A stretch of 64,000 nucleotides of DNA, filler included, from Basidiobolus ranarum (GCA_040143965.1; 22 parts of 22 records of this genome joined end to end with filler, not necessarily neighbours in it); one strand, 5' to 3'. Shown: positions 39,100 to 52,603, numbered from the whole stretch's first letter. Made by a program: numbers and translations. The notes: generated from the sequence alone by a model not told the origin.

Positions 39100-40285
39100 A
39101 TAAGTAAACTACCAAGCCCCAGACACCTTAGAACAGGCAATCAAAATTGCAGTCACCTTTGACAGATCCATATATGGTGAAGGAAGACCATATGCTATGA
39201 AGAACAGAAAACACCAAAGTTACCACTGGAGACCAATAAAAGGAACTCCTTTGTAGCCTGATTCTATTGACAGAGAGCTCACTACTGAGCAATGAAAGCA
39301 AAGACAATTGTGCTTCACATGCCTTGAGATAGGATATTAAGCTAGATATTTTCCAGACAGAAAACCAAAGGAGAGTGAGAAGAGCTTGAAAATTGTTGAG
39401 ACTGTGGAAGCATCAGACAAGACTTAGGAAGAAGAGGCAGAGGCCACTCTGCAACAGATTCCCAAACAACTTTACAATATGATGGAGAACTCAGGAAGAC
39501 TGCTATATCTCACAGGAGTTATGAGTGGTATGGCCACCTGAATCATGATTGAATTAGATGTATCACATGAATGTATATCATCCCAATTGGTCAACAAAGC
39601 TGGAATCTACTCAGAGCCTATGCCAAATACCTGAGTTTCTACTGTAGATGGAATAGCACATGCTTTAAGTCAAATTACCAGTCCCTTGCAGATTGCTATA
39701 AGAGACTACCAGGATGATGTACATGCTAACTTGTTTGAGAGCTGAATGTTTGACTTAGTACTTCAAAAGATTTGACTATTTCAGTACATATCTAATATAA
39801 ACTGGTGAAACCATGAGATCATTGTGGCAAAAGACTGTAAGACTTATCAGCTTATGCCAGCCAAAATGAAGTATTACCTTATCAAGACTATCTAGCAGAT
39901 TGATATGTCTCCCAGTAGGAGCCAGTTCAGAGGAGCTGTCAGGTAAAGTCAAGAAATATTGCTGGGACGGATGAGCTACGGAATCAATTTGTTGCAGCCA
40001 AAATGTTTAGCAAAATTGAGTTTATGGCAGGCTACTTTCAGAACCAAGTGAGACCAGAAAATATACACAAAACTGCCTTTAGGTCAAGCTATGGACACTA
40101 TGAGTAACTTGTCATGATTTTTGTACTTACCAATGCACCCGCTGCCTTTGTGACATCAATGCTGAATGTGGTTTCAAAGACTTAGAGCTACTGCCAACTA
40201 TATGCTGGGATGACATCCTAATTTGAGCAAGAATCAGGGAGAAGATGTAAAACATGTAAGGAGTGGCTTAGAGAATCTCAGATCA
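39100..40285 (+). mobile_element. Decayed Ty3/gypsy gag-protease-RT
   Basis: APDTLEQAIKIAVTFD, CFTCLEIGY knuckle, KTAFRSSYGHYE, LTNAPAAF. Confidence 0.8.
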
Positions 40286-40289
40286 TTCT

Positions 40290-40839
40290 GTTGTAATTAG
40301 GTACCCAGCAACTCATTATTTGGTAATTAGCTTATTCATATACTGCATAAATAGCACTCAATTATGCCATTCAAAAATGTGTGCTTATTGCTCTAATTGA
40401 TAAAAATATCAATTAGCTTAATTTTGCCAACTTTTGCTATTTTCTCAAAACTTCTCCTAATTACCTCAAATTTTCACCCATGCTTTACATGTTGAAATTA
40501 GTTCAATAGCAACTCATTGTTTAGTAGTTAGTTTATTCATATTCTGATTATCTAGTGCTCAATTCTGTCATTGAAAAATGTGTGTTTATGGCTCTAATTG
40601 ATAGAAATATCAATTAGATCACTTTTACCAATTTTCACTATGTTCACAAAACTTCTCCAAATCACCTCAAATTTTCACCCATGCTTAACAGGCATGTTTG
40701 TTACGATCTAAGCACATCTAATAGTCCTATTTCATAGTAGACTAAAAATAGACCTTATTGAATTCAATAAAACTTAAGTGTCTAATTCACAAATCCAAAT
40801 CTTGTCCAAAACACTTCCAAATCCCCTAAGCACTTCTAT
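40290..40839 (+). mobile_element. Two copia A LTRs, the second (from ~40490) inserted in the first
   Basis: A partial LTR is followed directly by TGTTGAAATTAG and a nearly complete LTR. Confidence 0.85.
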
Positions 40840-42719
40840 NNNNNNNNNNNNNNNNNNNNNNNNNNNNNNNNNNNNNNNNNNNNTTAATTAATTAANNNNN
40901 NNNNNNNNNNNNNNNNNNNNNNNNNNNNNNNNNNNNNNNCACGTACAGATTGGGATGTTCATGCTCAATAAACCTTGTGGATGTTCTATTCTCCAGGGCT
41001 AATGTTGATAACCAAAATACTGGTAATTTATTCGTCATCCACTTCCATGTGATGACGATCGATTCTGGTGGATGACTCATGATTAATGGACTAAGTATCC
41101 TAGCTGATTCTAACTGGGTATCACTGAATATGGAATAGCTCAGATAAGATAGATAGATAGTTACCCTGTGTTACACCACTGGATGCCTCCAATGTACATT
41201 AAAGGATACGAGAGCTGAAGAGAATTCATAGAAAATGTCATGAAGTTCGGGTCGAACACGGAGTTACTGAATCGGGGATTTTCCGTAGCCTTTTAAATCA
41301 TGCTTCTATTCTGAATATTTATTGATCCTAGATCCAGGAACCGGGAATTATGCCTCTGGATCACCAGATTATCGCATTTTTAATTTCCGAAATTTTGAAA
41401 ATTTTTACTCTCGAAATGTAAGAAGTCTAGACCAGTCTCGAATTTGAGATAGTATGATGCTTTGTATTGGACCATATGTTGCTTTACAATGGTTGTTCCA
41501 ATGATAGTTCCAATTCCTCTCCTAAATCCGGTATTTCGCCTGTGATTTCCCTCGGCATCATTACCGAGGCAAAGTTACTGGAGGTTCTTTTCATTAAATA
41601 TGGTTTAGTCCATTGCAGGTCAGGCATCAGAATGTCCTTAAGGATACCATTGTTTCCTCATGCTATCTACCTGATTTAGGGATGAATGTTTAGCATTGAG
41701 TATTTTGAATTTCAGACTCGTAAATCTATATGGTAAGATGGAATTCTATCTTGTATTCTAGAATTAAGTCTTGGATTAAGATTAGGATCAGCCGACAAAT
41801 CATGGTCTGTAGTGATTTCATTGGTGGAGAGGTGGTTTAATTGTGTATAGAGGGTACGGATTCCAAATTTCTTGATCAAGGGATACTAGGATATTTTTAG
41901 ACCATCAACCTGGATAATTTCTAGATCTAGTTATTTTTCTTATCAAAATCAGTGTTGAAGCTGATCCATCCATCGGTATTGGAATATATAGACGTTTCTA
42001 CCACAACCATCAACCTTACTGCTGCCGCCAATAAAGTGATCTTTTGGTTGGTCTCCAAACATCCAATTTCTACTGATGTCAAGCCACAAAAAACCCCTTC
42101 CTTATTTGTGAGGCTCTTCTGATATTATTGCCCATTGATCCCCTTTTGAAGTGCTGTGTTGTCCAAAAATATCTCATTGATTCTATGAATCCTGGACCAA
42201 ACTGGGGTACCAAAGTGTTCACTTGGTTCTAACTATGTTCGTATGTAAAGTAAGGTCATTGCGTCACACTATATGGTAATTCTTGATTGGGCGTATTCAA
42301 AGTCACGTCCCTTGGGTGGTTATCAAGTGATGGATGCGGGTGTAAGGCTTCAAACCAACACACAGGGACCAATACTATCGAGAATAAATATTACAGTTAA
42401 GAAAATCTTCGTATTTATTAATGAAGTCAAAATTATCTAAAAGAATCACAATCAACGGGTATCAAAAAAAACTACCAACAATAATAAGTATTAAACTACT
42501 ACAAAAAAACCCAAAATCACTATCGAAATTCAATGCCTAAATCTACACCAACTCTAATCTATTGGAATATGTGCAAATAAAATAAAATAAAACCTATGTG
42601 AATATCAATCAATCAATAAAGAATGTCCATTACGCGCTGTGTTGCGTTGAGTGTTGAAAGAATAAAATATCGAATAAAAATCAAAAATGAAGAAATAAAG
42701 GTATACAAAATTAGCTAAT

Positions 42720-43758
42720 CTATGATGTTGATGAGTAGTCGGGAATGGGTGTAGGTTCAATAGGAAAAGTCGGAAGGTGGTTCCGGTCAGTGCTCCATGA
42801 TTGCCATGCCTGGTTTAGTGAGCACATATAGTTGGGAGATGGCGTAGGTCCGGGGAATTCTTGGGAGACAAAACTTTCAGGGCTAGTCTGGTGGCTATGA
42901 CCAAGTTCAAAATCGGAACTTAGAGCGCGAATGGTGGGCGTGAAGTTTGATGGAGACTCCATCTGACTCATTGGTACCATAGGAAGTAAAGAATTGAAGG
43001 CTACAGACGAATATGGCATGGGTATATTTGTACAGGAATAGCTTGGTAGTGGCTCAGGAGGGCATTGGACATGGTTAGAATCGCTGGGTAGAGATATGCC
43101 TGTAGCCACTTGATGGTGGGAGGTTGAAAGCCAGTTGAATGGATCTACAATGCTTTGGGAGGTAGGTGCGGAGGTAGATCCAAGTATGCTGGTCATTTGG
43201 TTCGTGGAGATTGGGTATGAGCTATGGTAGGCTAACTCAGAGTTCTGTGAGGACGCTACGCTATTGACGTATGAGTTCGGATGTATCACGCTCGATAAAG
43301 AGACGCTTTCTACACTCTCCGAAAAGAACTCTGAAGATGAGGCAGAGGATTCGCGACTTCTCTCCTCCGCTAAATTGGCAGGAGTTTCAGAATGTGGACT
43401 AGAGAATTTTGTACTTGAGTGGGAGATAAACTTCAATGGGGAGGATGGAGTGGATGAGTTGGTTGATGACGCTTCCGAAGTGATGATGTTATTTGGTAAC
43501 CTATGTGGCATTTTGTTTGACTCTAATGTCTTATCAAAAGGCTCAAATAGCAAGACTCCCTCACAACCTGCACCTCGGTTACTAGCTACTGTGCCAAAAA
43601 CTAGTCCGGTATGGCGGCCAAATTTAGCCATAGTGCCAATTGGATTCCTATTTCTCTTCTTGATCACATTGCTCTTTAAACTGAGTGGGCGAACTATACC
43701 GTGAAGTTTGAGGAATAGGCCACAAGCATTACACAATGGTTCGCCATCTTGAGGATTA
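42720..43758 (-). CDS. GATA zinc-finger transcription factor (AreA/NIT2/Gat1-like DNA-binding domain), N-terminus missing
   Basis: [37 protein letters not shown] followed by ~300 aa of Ser/Pro-rich sequence. Confidence 0.9.
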
Positions 43759-43858
43759 NNNNNNNNNNNNNNNNNNNNNNNNNNNNNNNNNNNNNNNNNN
43801 NNTTAATTAATTAANNNNNNNNNNNNNNNNNNNNNNNNNNNNNNNNNNNNNNNNNNNN

Positions 43859-46490
43859 GGTTTCTTTGAGAACCTGTATGAGCATTCATTTGCATTGACT
43901 CTGGATGGTTTCTTGCTAAACAAATATATCATTGGAAAGGCTTGCTGGCCAATAGTTTTAATTAACTTAAATCCACCGCCTTCTGAAGGGTATAAGAGTC
44001 CTAAAATTTTGATACTATCCACCATATCTGGACCTTAATCACCAGTGCTTGTGGATAGCATCTTGGAGCCTTTGATTGCAAAATTTGAATGGTTATTTAA
44101 TAGGGTTCAGAGGTGTTAATATTTTTTTAAAGCTATTAGCATTGTATGTATTGAGGACACTCCTGCCATCTGTAAACTTGGAGGTTTTTGTGGGCTCAAT
44201 GCACTATCTTGGTGTAGATTTTGTCAAATCAATGGAGTACACTCTATTAGGCAGATGTATTACTACTATCCAAATGCAACCCTAAACTGCATGATTTCAC
44301 CATTAAGAGCCTGGTCAGATTTCAGCATGATCAGTAATATCAATTCACCAAATAGTGAGTCTAATATCAAACTTGGTATTAGCCATAAGCCCAAGATTAT
44401 ATTGCTGAAGGGGATCAGCTGGAGCCAGAGCTTCCCATTAGGCACTATGCACTTACTATTCAACAACATTCCAATACTACTTACTCAGCTATATATTGGA
44501 AAATTCAATGTGAATGAGCCATGCAAGATAGGATCAAAGTTTGAATTGATTGGGAAAATGCTGGAAAACATCAAGATACCATCATATTTTACCAGGACTT
44601 CCATCAATATCCACTCATCTAGGTGTTTATTTAAATGCAAAGACTGGAAGTATTGGATTTGTATATATTCAAGTGGAGTCTTGAAGAGATTTCTGCCTGA
44701 TAGGTTTTGGCAACATTGGTAGTTGTTTGTGGATATGGTTAATATCTTCTTATAGCTTCAACTCACATTGGCTGATCTCAGGCAGATATAGCAACTGTGT
44801 GAAGATTTTATTATTGGATATGAAAAACTTTATTACAGGTTTAAAGAAAATAGACTGAATCTAAGCTGGTATTCAATACATTCCCTGCTACATCTTTCAC
44901 AATACTTAGAGATTATAGGCCCTTGCTATACATTCTGGGAGTTCCCAATGGAGTGCACCTGCAGTGATATGATGCTCTGTGTGAAATTGTCAGTATTCCC
45001 ATATGCTAATCTGATTAACAATATATCAGCAAAATTGGTGATGGATGTAATGCAATGGGTTAAGGAGACTCCAGAGTATATTAACCTTCCAACAAAGGGC
45101 TCTTTTCAATGTGCTAATGGGTTTTTGCATTGTTTGAGCACAATAACAGCAACAAAACCCAATCCATGGTCACAGAGTAAGTACCTCCATAATTTGGACT
45201 AATTTGTTTGTGTGATAATGTGATGGTGCTTCTAGGAAAGCTGCAAGACAGACTTCTTGGTGAGATAGATCAAGATACATAGTATTACTGTTGTAGCCAT
45301 GGGGTAATCTATTTAAGCAACAACACATCTACTTGTGGCACAACAAATGTTGACTGCAAGTCAGGGATATTTTGCCTGAATTCTTTACAGAAATATGCCA
45401 AAATCCAAGAGCTAATTCTCATTGTGAATGGTAACTAGAGTCTGCTATTTGCCAAGTGCCAGTGCTATTCTAAATTTCAGATGTTTAGCAATTTTTCCAC
45501 CATTAGTTTGCTGGAAAAGCATATTAATGTTGTTGAGTTATGACTGATTGGTCATGTATGTGCAAACATAGAGACTAAATATAACAAGATTCTTGTTTTT
45601 TTTGATTCTCATCATGGCTAGAATACAAAGCCAAAAATATCTAAATAAAGGCATGCATGTTAATTTGAATTCCTACAGTAGTAAACCCAGTAATTTGCCA
45701 TTCAAAATTTACATTTTTGCAAAAATTGCTGGAAATTAAATAACGCATGCCAAATATGAGGATCAATATTTCAACATGTATGAATACTGTCAAAATACCA
45801 TCAAGAAACTACCATCACACCATTGAAATCCCAGGCAGAATGCAAGCCACCAACATTGTGATGGTTGTCTGATGGTTTTGCAATCCAGAATGGTGGATCT
45901 AAACTGGATCAAATTGAGTTTATTTTTGTTAGGGAATTATTTTAGCCATGGAGTAATCTATTCAAGCAATGACATATCTACTTGTGGCAGGACATTTGTT
46001 GACTGCAAGTTAGGGATATTTTGGCTGAATACTGTACAGAAATTTGTCAAAATCAACAAGCTTATTATCATTGTCATTGGTAACAAGAATTAGCTAATTG
46101 CCAAGTGTCAGTGCTACTCTAAATCACCTAAGTTTATGAAGTTTTCCACCATTAGTTGCTGGTAAAGAATATTAATGTTAGTGAGTTATGTCTGATCAGT
46201 CAAATCTGGGCATATGTAAGAAATAAACATAACAAGATTCTTGTATTTTTGATTCTCATTATGTCTGAAATACAGAGCATAAAATTACTAAATAGTGGCA
46301 TGCATTTCAGCTCAAATTACTCTAGCAATAAGCCCAGTAATTTGACATCTGAAAAATGTTTTTTCCTAAAATTGTAGGAAATCAAATAATGCAGGCCAAA
46401 TATGAAGATTAATATTTCATCATGTACCATTATGATCATAAAACCATTAGGAAGCTGCCATCTCACCATCAAGATATCTGGCAAAATACT
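43859..46490 (+). mobile_element. Decayed CMC/EnSpm transposase and downstream region with an internal ~0.55-kb duplication
   Basis: FALTLDGF..GKACWP, FPLGTMHLLF, FWEFPMECTC. ~45290-45840 is repeated at ~45940-46490. Confidence 0.78.
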
Positions 46491-46774
46491 GTTGAAAGTC
46501 TGGTGACTTGTGGTATAAGCAGTAATTCCCAAAGAGGAAAATATGGAGTATGGTGACTGCATCTGAACACAAAGTCTAAGGCCAATCAGTTGCTTGTATA
46601 GCTGTTATGCCAAAGTTCCATACAGTGACAGACTAGGTTAAGGCTCCCTAGCAATATAGGCATAGCATACAAGANNNNNNNNNNNNNNNNNNNNNNNNNN
46701 NNNNNNNNNNNNNNNNNNTTAATTAATTAANNNNNNNNNNNNNNNNNNNNNNNNNNNNNNNNNNNNNNNNNNNN

Positions 46775-48592
46775 TTTTGGTCAAGTTAAGATTTGTCTCC
46801 ATTGGGGTAGATACTGGATTTCATTCTTCCATTTTATACTTCTTTAGTATATCTAGGATATACTTAGACTGGTTTAAAGTTATTGCCTTGGTAGTTTTAT
46901 CTTGCTTAATTGGGATTCCAAGATAGTACATCAGTTCACCAAGATCAGTCACTTTAAATTTGGCAGATAAGCTGGATTTGGTTTTCTCCAAAGTCTTCAG
47001 GTCATTGATTGCTATAATAAGGTCACCTACATATAAGGCTAATAAAACTGGGTTTGTCTTAACTGGCCTGAAGTAGATACCATAGTCAACAATATTCTTT
47101 TGGAATTTGAGTGTTTCCAAAAAAGCATCTGTCTTGCTATTGCATGCTCTCTGAGAGTGTTTTAAGCCATAGAGTGTTTTCCAGAGTCTGCAAGCTTTTT
47201 TAGGGTTTCCCTGGGCTCAGAAATCCATCTGGCTGGTCCATATAGATCTCCTTAGCAAGCTCACCATTCAAAAAAGCAGTTTTAACATCCATTTGATGTA
47301 GAATTAACTGATTTTTAGCTGAAATTACTAAAATTAATCTAATTGAATTGAACTTTGCTACAGGAGCAAATGTTTCTGTATAATCTACTCATGGTGTTTA
47401 GGAATATCCTTTGACTACAAGTCTAGCCCTGTACCTTTCTATATTGCCATCAGAGTTGTATTTTACTTTAAAAACCCATTGGCAGCCAATTGATTTTCAA
47501 TCATCAGATGAGTTGTTTAAAATTCAAGTTTGATTATCAATCAATGCCTGGCACTCATCAGCCCATACAAATCCCCAAAATTTTGTGTGAGGACCATTCA
47601 GGGCCTCTTTTACAGTCTGGGGTTCATATATTTGAGCTGTGCAGGCATAGGCCCAGGCCTGTTGGAAGTGGTTTGGAGAATTAGAGGAATTGCTGGTTTC
47701 CACTTATTGATTTGTTAAGTAGAAAGTTGACATTTATAGTTTTGTCAAGATGTAAACAGACTAATGTGTAAAGTGTATTAAAGAAGGTCCCAGGAATATG
47801 TGTGCAAAGTTTGGGGATTCTAGCATAAGTTTGAAAGATCTATATATCTGAGAACTTCTAAGTTGGTAAAAATATTCTAATTAAATGCCAATTGAGAATA
47901 ATGGATACTATCTTATTGAATTATAAGATAACTAAGTACTTGGTTACATATGACTATATAGGTACTTAGGCAATGCTAATTTCATCACATATAAGCTAAT
48001 AAGGCTGGGTTTGTTTTATACAGGCTGAAGTAGAAACCATCATCAGCAACAATCTTTTGCAATCTGTGTATTTCCAAAAAAGCATCTATCTTGCTATTGC
48101 AAGGCCCTAGAGAATGTTTTCTGGACTCTGCAGACTTTTTAGGGTTTTCTGAGTCCACATATCCATCTGGATAGTCTATATGTATCTTCTCAGCAAGTTT
48201 GCAAATCAAAAAAGTAGTTTTAAGATCCATTTGTTATGTAATAAAATGATATTCAACTGAATTTGCAAAAATTAATCTAATGAAATTCCACTTTGCCACA
48301 AAAGCAAAAGTTATTACATAACCTATTCCTGGTTTTTGGTAATAGCCTTTGGCAACTAATTTAGCATTGTCCCTTTGTATATTGTCATCAGGGCTATATT
48401 TAACTTAAAACACCTAGCCACAGATAATTGTTTTTCTATCAACAGATGAGTTTGTAAAATCCAAGTTTGAATATTAATCAAAGATTGATACTCATTACCC
48501 ATGAAAGATCTCCAAAAGCTTGTGTGAGAGCCATTAAAAGCCTCTTTTACAGTCTGGGGCACATGTATTTGGGTGGTGCAGGCCTAGGCTCA
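46775..48592 (-). mobile_element. Two decayed copia RT fragments separated by an LTR B copy (47660-47987)
   Basis: LALYVGDLIIA, DLGELMYYLGI, HQMDVKTAFLNGEL. Confidence 0.85.
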
Positions 48593-49589
48593 TCCTAATA
48601 GAAGTTCTAGGATTATTATTGCAGCATAATCATCACAATTTTAATCCATTTGGGATTTACTGTTTACTTACCATCATAAAATCAACAAGTTAGATTTGAT
48701 TTTTATCAATTTTGTCAGTTTCAGAAGTGAAATTTCAAGATCTTGCAAAATTGGTGCACATGATTGGCTACATTCTCAGAGAACTATGGATCATTACATT
48801 TGTAAAGAACATAACTCAAATTTTACACATTTACCACTTGTATGCTAATTTGTCACCTTCGAAATTCCTAGTTTCTTTGATATATTCTCCTGTTATTTTT
48901 ATAGAGTTCTTCATACCCAAGGTTTAGCTCTTACCCAACACAAGTTTGTATCAATATCTCCATCAAAGCCCACCATGGTATTAACATTGCTGAATCAACA
49001 TTTTTCAAGCTATCTGGCAGATACCTGCAATATTATGCCACTCTGTATTAAGTTCTTCCCAGATATATACATGGTCAACACCAGACTGAATGTCAAGTTG
49101 AATGTTTTTCTCCTGAAGCCACTTTCTGCATACTTGCACTGTGTTTCTTCCTTCATACTTTTGAAAACACTCCTCAAGCACTTTGACTATTTTTATTCAT
49201 TCTTGTCATGTATCACTACTGAGGGTGCTTTGCAGTGTTTGTGCAGCTTTTTACTTGCCTTAACCTTGGGGTTAATTTCAACACTTTGAAAAGTACCAGT
49301 TGAGGTTAGAGAGCCATGGGTTTTATTTTCTGGTGTTTTGGCTTGTTGAGAGGTGCCAGGTGCTGGAAAAACTAGCAAATTTAGCACTCATCCAACTAGT
49401 GTACATGGTTCCATAGTGAAGTTAGGCTTTTTTGCCAGTATATCTGACTCTAGCAATGCAGATCTTTATAATGGTCTGAAGATTTTGATAAGTGGGACAG
49501 TAGAGCCTAAGCCTGCTGGCTCCTTTGCTTTTCCCTTGGGTTTACTAACTTCCTGCTCTCTCAGTACTTCTTTAGCTGCTTTTCTTTCT
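48593..49589 (-). mobile_element. Longest copy of the CCCTA-terminus segment with decayed ORF
   Basis: Terminus TCCTAATAGAAG inserted into copia sequence; ORF remnant IQSGVDHVYIWEELNTEWHNIA. Confidence 0.75.
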
Positions 49590-50559
49590 NNNNNNNNNNN
49601 NNNNNNNNNNNNNNNNNNNNNNNNNNNNNNNNNTTAATTAATTAANNNNNNNNNNNNNNNNNNNNNNNNNNNNNNNNNNNNNNNNNNNNATTCAGTTAGC
49701 TTTAATTATACTTTTTGATAGCAAAGTGAATTAGTCAGTGCCAAGATATTAGATGACTAATTCTGATGAAAGATAATGAGATTGGATAGATTGATAGATA
49801 GATAGATAGATAAGTGAGTCATGTATCAGCTGAAGTCTTGGCAGTGAAAGATCATTGGTTAACAATCTTGTGACTCATATTGACTTGTGTCTAGGTAGAT
49901 GACTCAGAGGCCAATACTGATTGGATAATGATCATGTGATTGGTCATATGATCTGATAGATGGGATAAGCAAATAGATAGTTAGTCAGATGATAGGTCAC
50001 ATGACAAAGTCACTGGATATGGTCAGGTGACTAGTTGGTGATAATGATTAACTAAACAGTTATTTAAACAAGTTGTATAGATATGGCATAAGTTTAAATA
50101 ACTTTGTATGTTAGTGCATAACACTGCCTCAGGCTGTTGATGCCTGACTTGCCTGAAACTTCCTATGATCATGCTATGAATAAAATGTTAAAGTATTTGG
50201 GAGCCTGTTGGAAGTGGTTTGGAGAATTAGAGGAATTGGTGGTTTTCACTTATTGATTTATTGAGTAGAAAGTTGACAATTATAGTTTTGTCAAGATAAG
50301 CAATACATTGCCTCCAAGACACCTTTCTTGAAACTGGTTGTTCCAGGTTTTTGTCCTACTGTCCATTTAGTGTGTACTGAGTACCTACCTTTCTGAATAC
50401 CACCTTTTCCCCTTAAGACTATATTTACATCCTCAGAAGTTGAGTACATTGGTCAGCAAGTTAAGTATGGATATGATCCAGTATTGTCACAATTTCTTAA
50501 AAGATTGATGTCTTTATTATCACTTTGTTTAGATTAGTATATAAGCTGAATAAAGTCCA

Positions 50560-51183
50560 CACCACCTGGTCCTTTTCATCCCCCCTAACCCTATCTAATA
50601 CATAGTGCATAAATATTTCAGTATCTTCCAGACTTTGAACAGTTTTCTCAATGTAATAGTCAGGAGAATGTTGATCCATATTCACTTTTCCAATGAGTGC
50701 ACGTTGGCCTCGTTTTTCTACAATATCAGCCCGTATTTTGGATGCTTCCAAGTGAATTGTGGCGAAGTAACTAGAAGTAGTAGTACCACCACGAATTAGC
50801 CGGCCGACTGCCAAGTTATATGCCATTGTGGCATATCTGGTGTTATTAAACTGCGCCTCACGAGGAAAAATGTAGCTTTCGAGCCAGTCAAGTAATTATG
50901 AGCCCATACCGGAACCGGTGAAAACATACTGAGGAGCATGAATATGAGTATCAATTAGTCCCGGCATGATAAACTTGCGGTTATCTAATTGAGTTAGATT
51001 CACTCCATGGTTGTGAGCCATGAGTTTGGTCTCCGACTCAGACGAGCGCTTCTCCACCTGAGTAATTTTTCCTGCAGTATCGACAACGATGACACCGTCA
51101 GTAATATACTTTAAAGTTGTAATGTTCACCGAATGGATGTAGTTCTCATAGAATACATATTGGCCCACGATTTTGTGAGCCAA
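50560..51183 (-). pseudogene. GUD1: Guanine deaminase (amidohydrolase), in-frame stop and 3' truncation
   Basis: MPGLIDTHIHAPQY..GMGS*LLDWLESYIFPRE..GTTTSSYFATIH..GQRALIGKVNMD. TAA at 50898-50896 lies between two same-frame ORFs. No ATG start and no downstream TPRF motif. Confidence 0.85.
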
Positions 51184-52178
51184 CGTAGCAGAGATAAAAA
51201 AATGTTGAAATTTGCATTTTGAATTAAAATTCCATGGTGCTAACTTTGCGTCTTTTATAATTAACTGGCTTAGTTACTCATACCTCTTTCCTTTTTAGAA
51301 TGGGGAATCGACTGGTTGTTCTTCGAAAGAGATATCAGTGTGCTAGGTACCCTTTAAGTATAACACACTGAGAATTTGTTTGGAAGTCGCAACTGTCGAT
51401 GAAATTACAATTTGTGGATAAGCATCTGGATCTCGAGCAGGAACGAATGAGTAGATATGAAGCTCGCCAAGTCGTCGGTCTAATGCCACCTGGTTATCGC
51501 GATCGAATTCTTGATCTCAAAAGAGTGCAACACTGCGTTCGTCAATCAAAGCTAAAAAATCATCAGTCAGCTTTGTCAACTGTGAGTTCGGTCCCGATAG
51601 ATGACAATATTTAATAATCTCTGTCATTAATAGAATTTCGGCCATTTTATTCAGAGGAGATATGTTTGTACAAGCTCTTACACGAGATCTAAGTAATACT
51701 TCGGCTAGGTTCTACTAAGTACTAAATTGTTTGTACTAGAATATTATTGATACAATAGGAATTTACAACCCCCAGCAATTTCCGAAATACCTCGAATGCA
51801 GTTACTACATTGGTGCTTAATTGGATTTATAGACTAAAACCCCTGCTCACAATAGATGAATATGCTGCAGTACACAGGAAGCCTCCATGCATATTGAAGT
51901 ATCTTCCATCAAGAAACACAATTAAAACTTAATAGATAATGGAGTGTGGGGTGCGGGGTGAGAAGAAAATAACTGCTCCGATTTGAATCTTACCCCACGC
52001 ATAGACATCACTGAATAGGAGAAATAAAATTGGCATCTAGGAGTAGAAGGGGTAAAAGAACATCCAGTTTACAGGATTATAAAGACAACTACAATGCACT
52101 AAAGAATATCACTAAATCATCTCACTTAAATTCAATAGAAACATCTTATTATTATCAACAACTTCTACACACTTGACA

Positions 52179-52503
52179 ATGAAATTTTCCGCCCCCAAGT
52201 TATTATGTCTTCTTTCTGGACTTGCTGCCATTAACGCAGCTGCACTAAACCCAAGGTTGCAAGCAAGAGAAAATGGAGCCTATGATGTTAAAGACCTCTT
52301 TAACGGTGGTGAAAGTGGCAACGGTAACGGAGCTAGTGCCTATGATGCTTTAAAGGGTGGAAACGGTAACGGAGATGGTAATGGTGGTGCTGGAAACAGT
52401 GAAAACAATGGAAACGGTAATGGAGGTAATGAAGCTGGTGCGTATGATACCGGAAAGGGTGGAAATGGGAGTGGAGATGGTAATAGCGGTGCTGGAAACG
52501 GTG
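52179..52503 (+). CDS. Secreted Gly/Asn-rich repeat protein, 3' truncated
   Basis: Signal-peptide-like MKFSAPKLLCLLSGLAAINA, then three AYD-led Gly/Asn units; ACAATG start context; open to the contig end. Confidence 0.8.
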
Positions 52504-52603
52504 NNNNNNNNNNNNNNNNNNNNNNNNNNNNNNNNNNNNNNNNNNNNTTAATTAATTAANNNNNNNNNNNNNNNNNNNNNNNNNNNNNNNNNNNNNNNNN
52601 NNN

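Noticed and set aside
43264..43704. 146-aa + strand ORF
   Set aside because: Antisense shadow of the GATA factor.
49690..50130. GATA-rich tract as a GATA-factor regulatory array
   Set aside because: A simple (GATA)n microsatellite within CpG-depleted, LTR-like repeat sequence.
50896..50898. Stop-codon reassignment or readthrough
   Set aside because: Intact genes end normally at TAA, TAG or TGA. Internal stops occur only in decayed sequences that also have frameshifts or truncation.
25124..51183. Apparent nitrogen-scavenging cluster (PTR transporter, AreA-like GATA factor, guanine deaminase)
   Set aside because: The genes are on three separate contigs joined artificially, so there is no linkage evidence.
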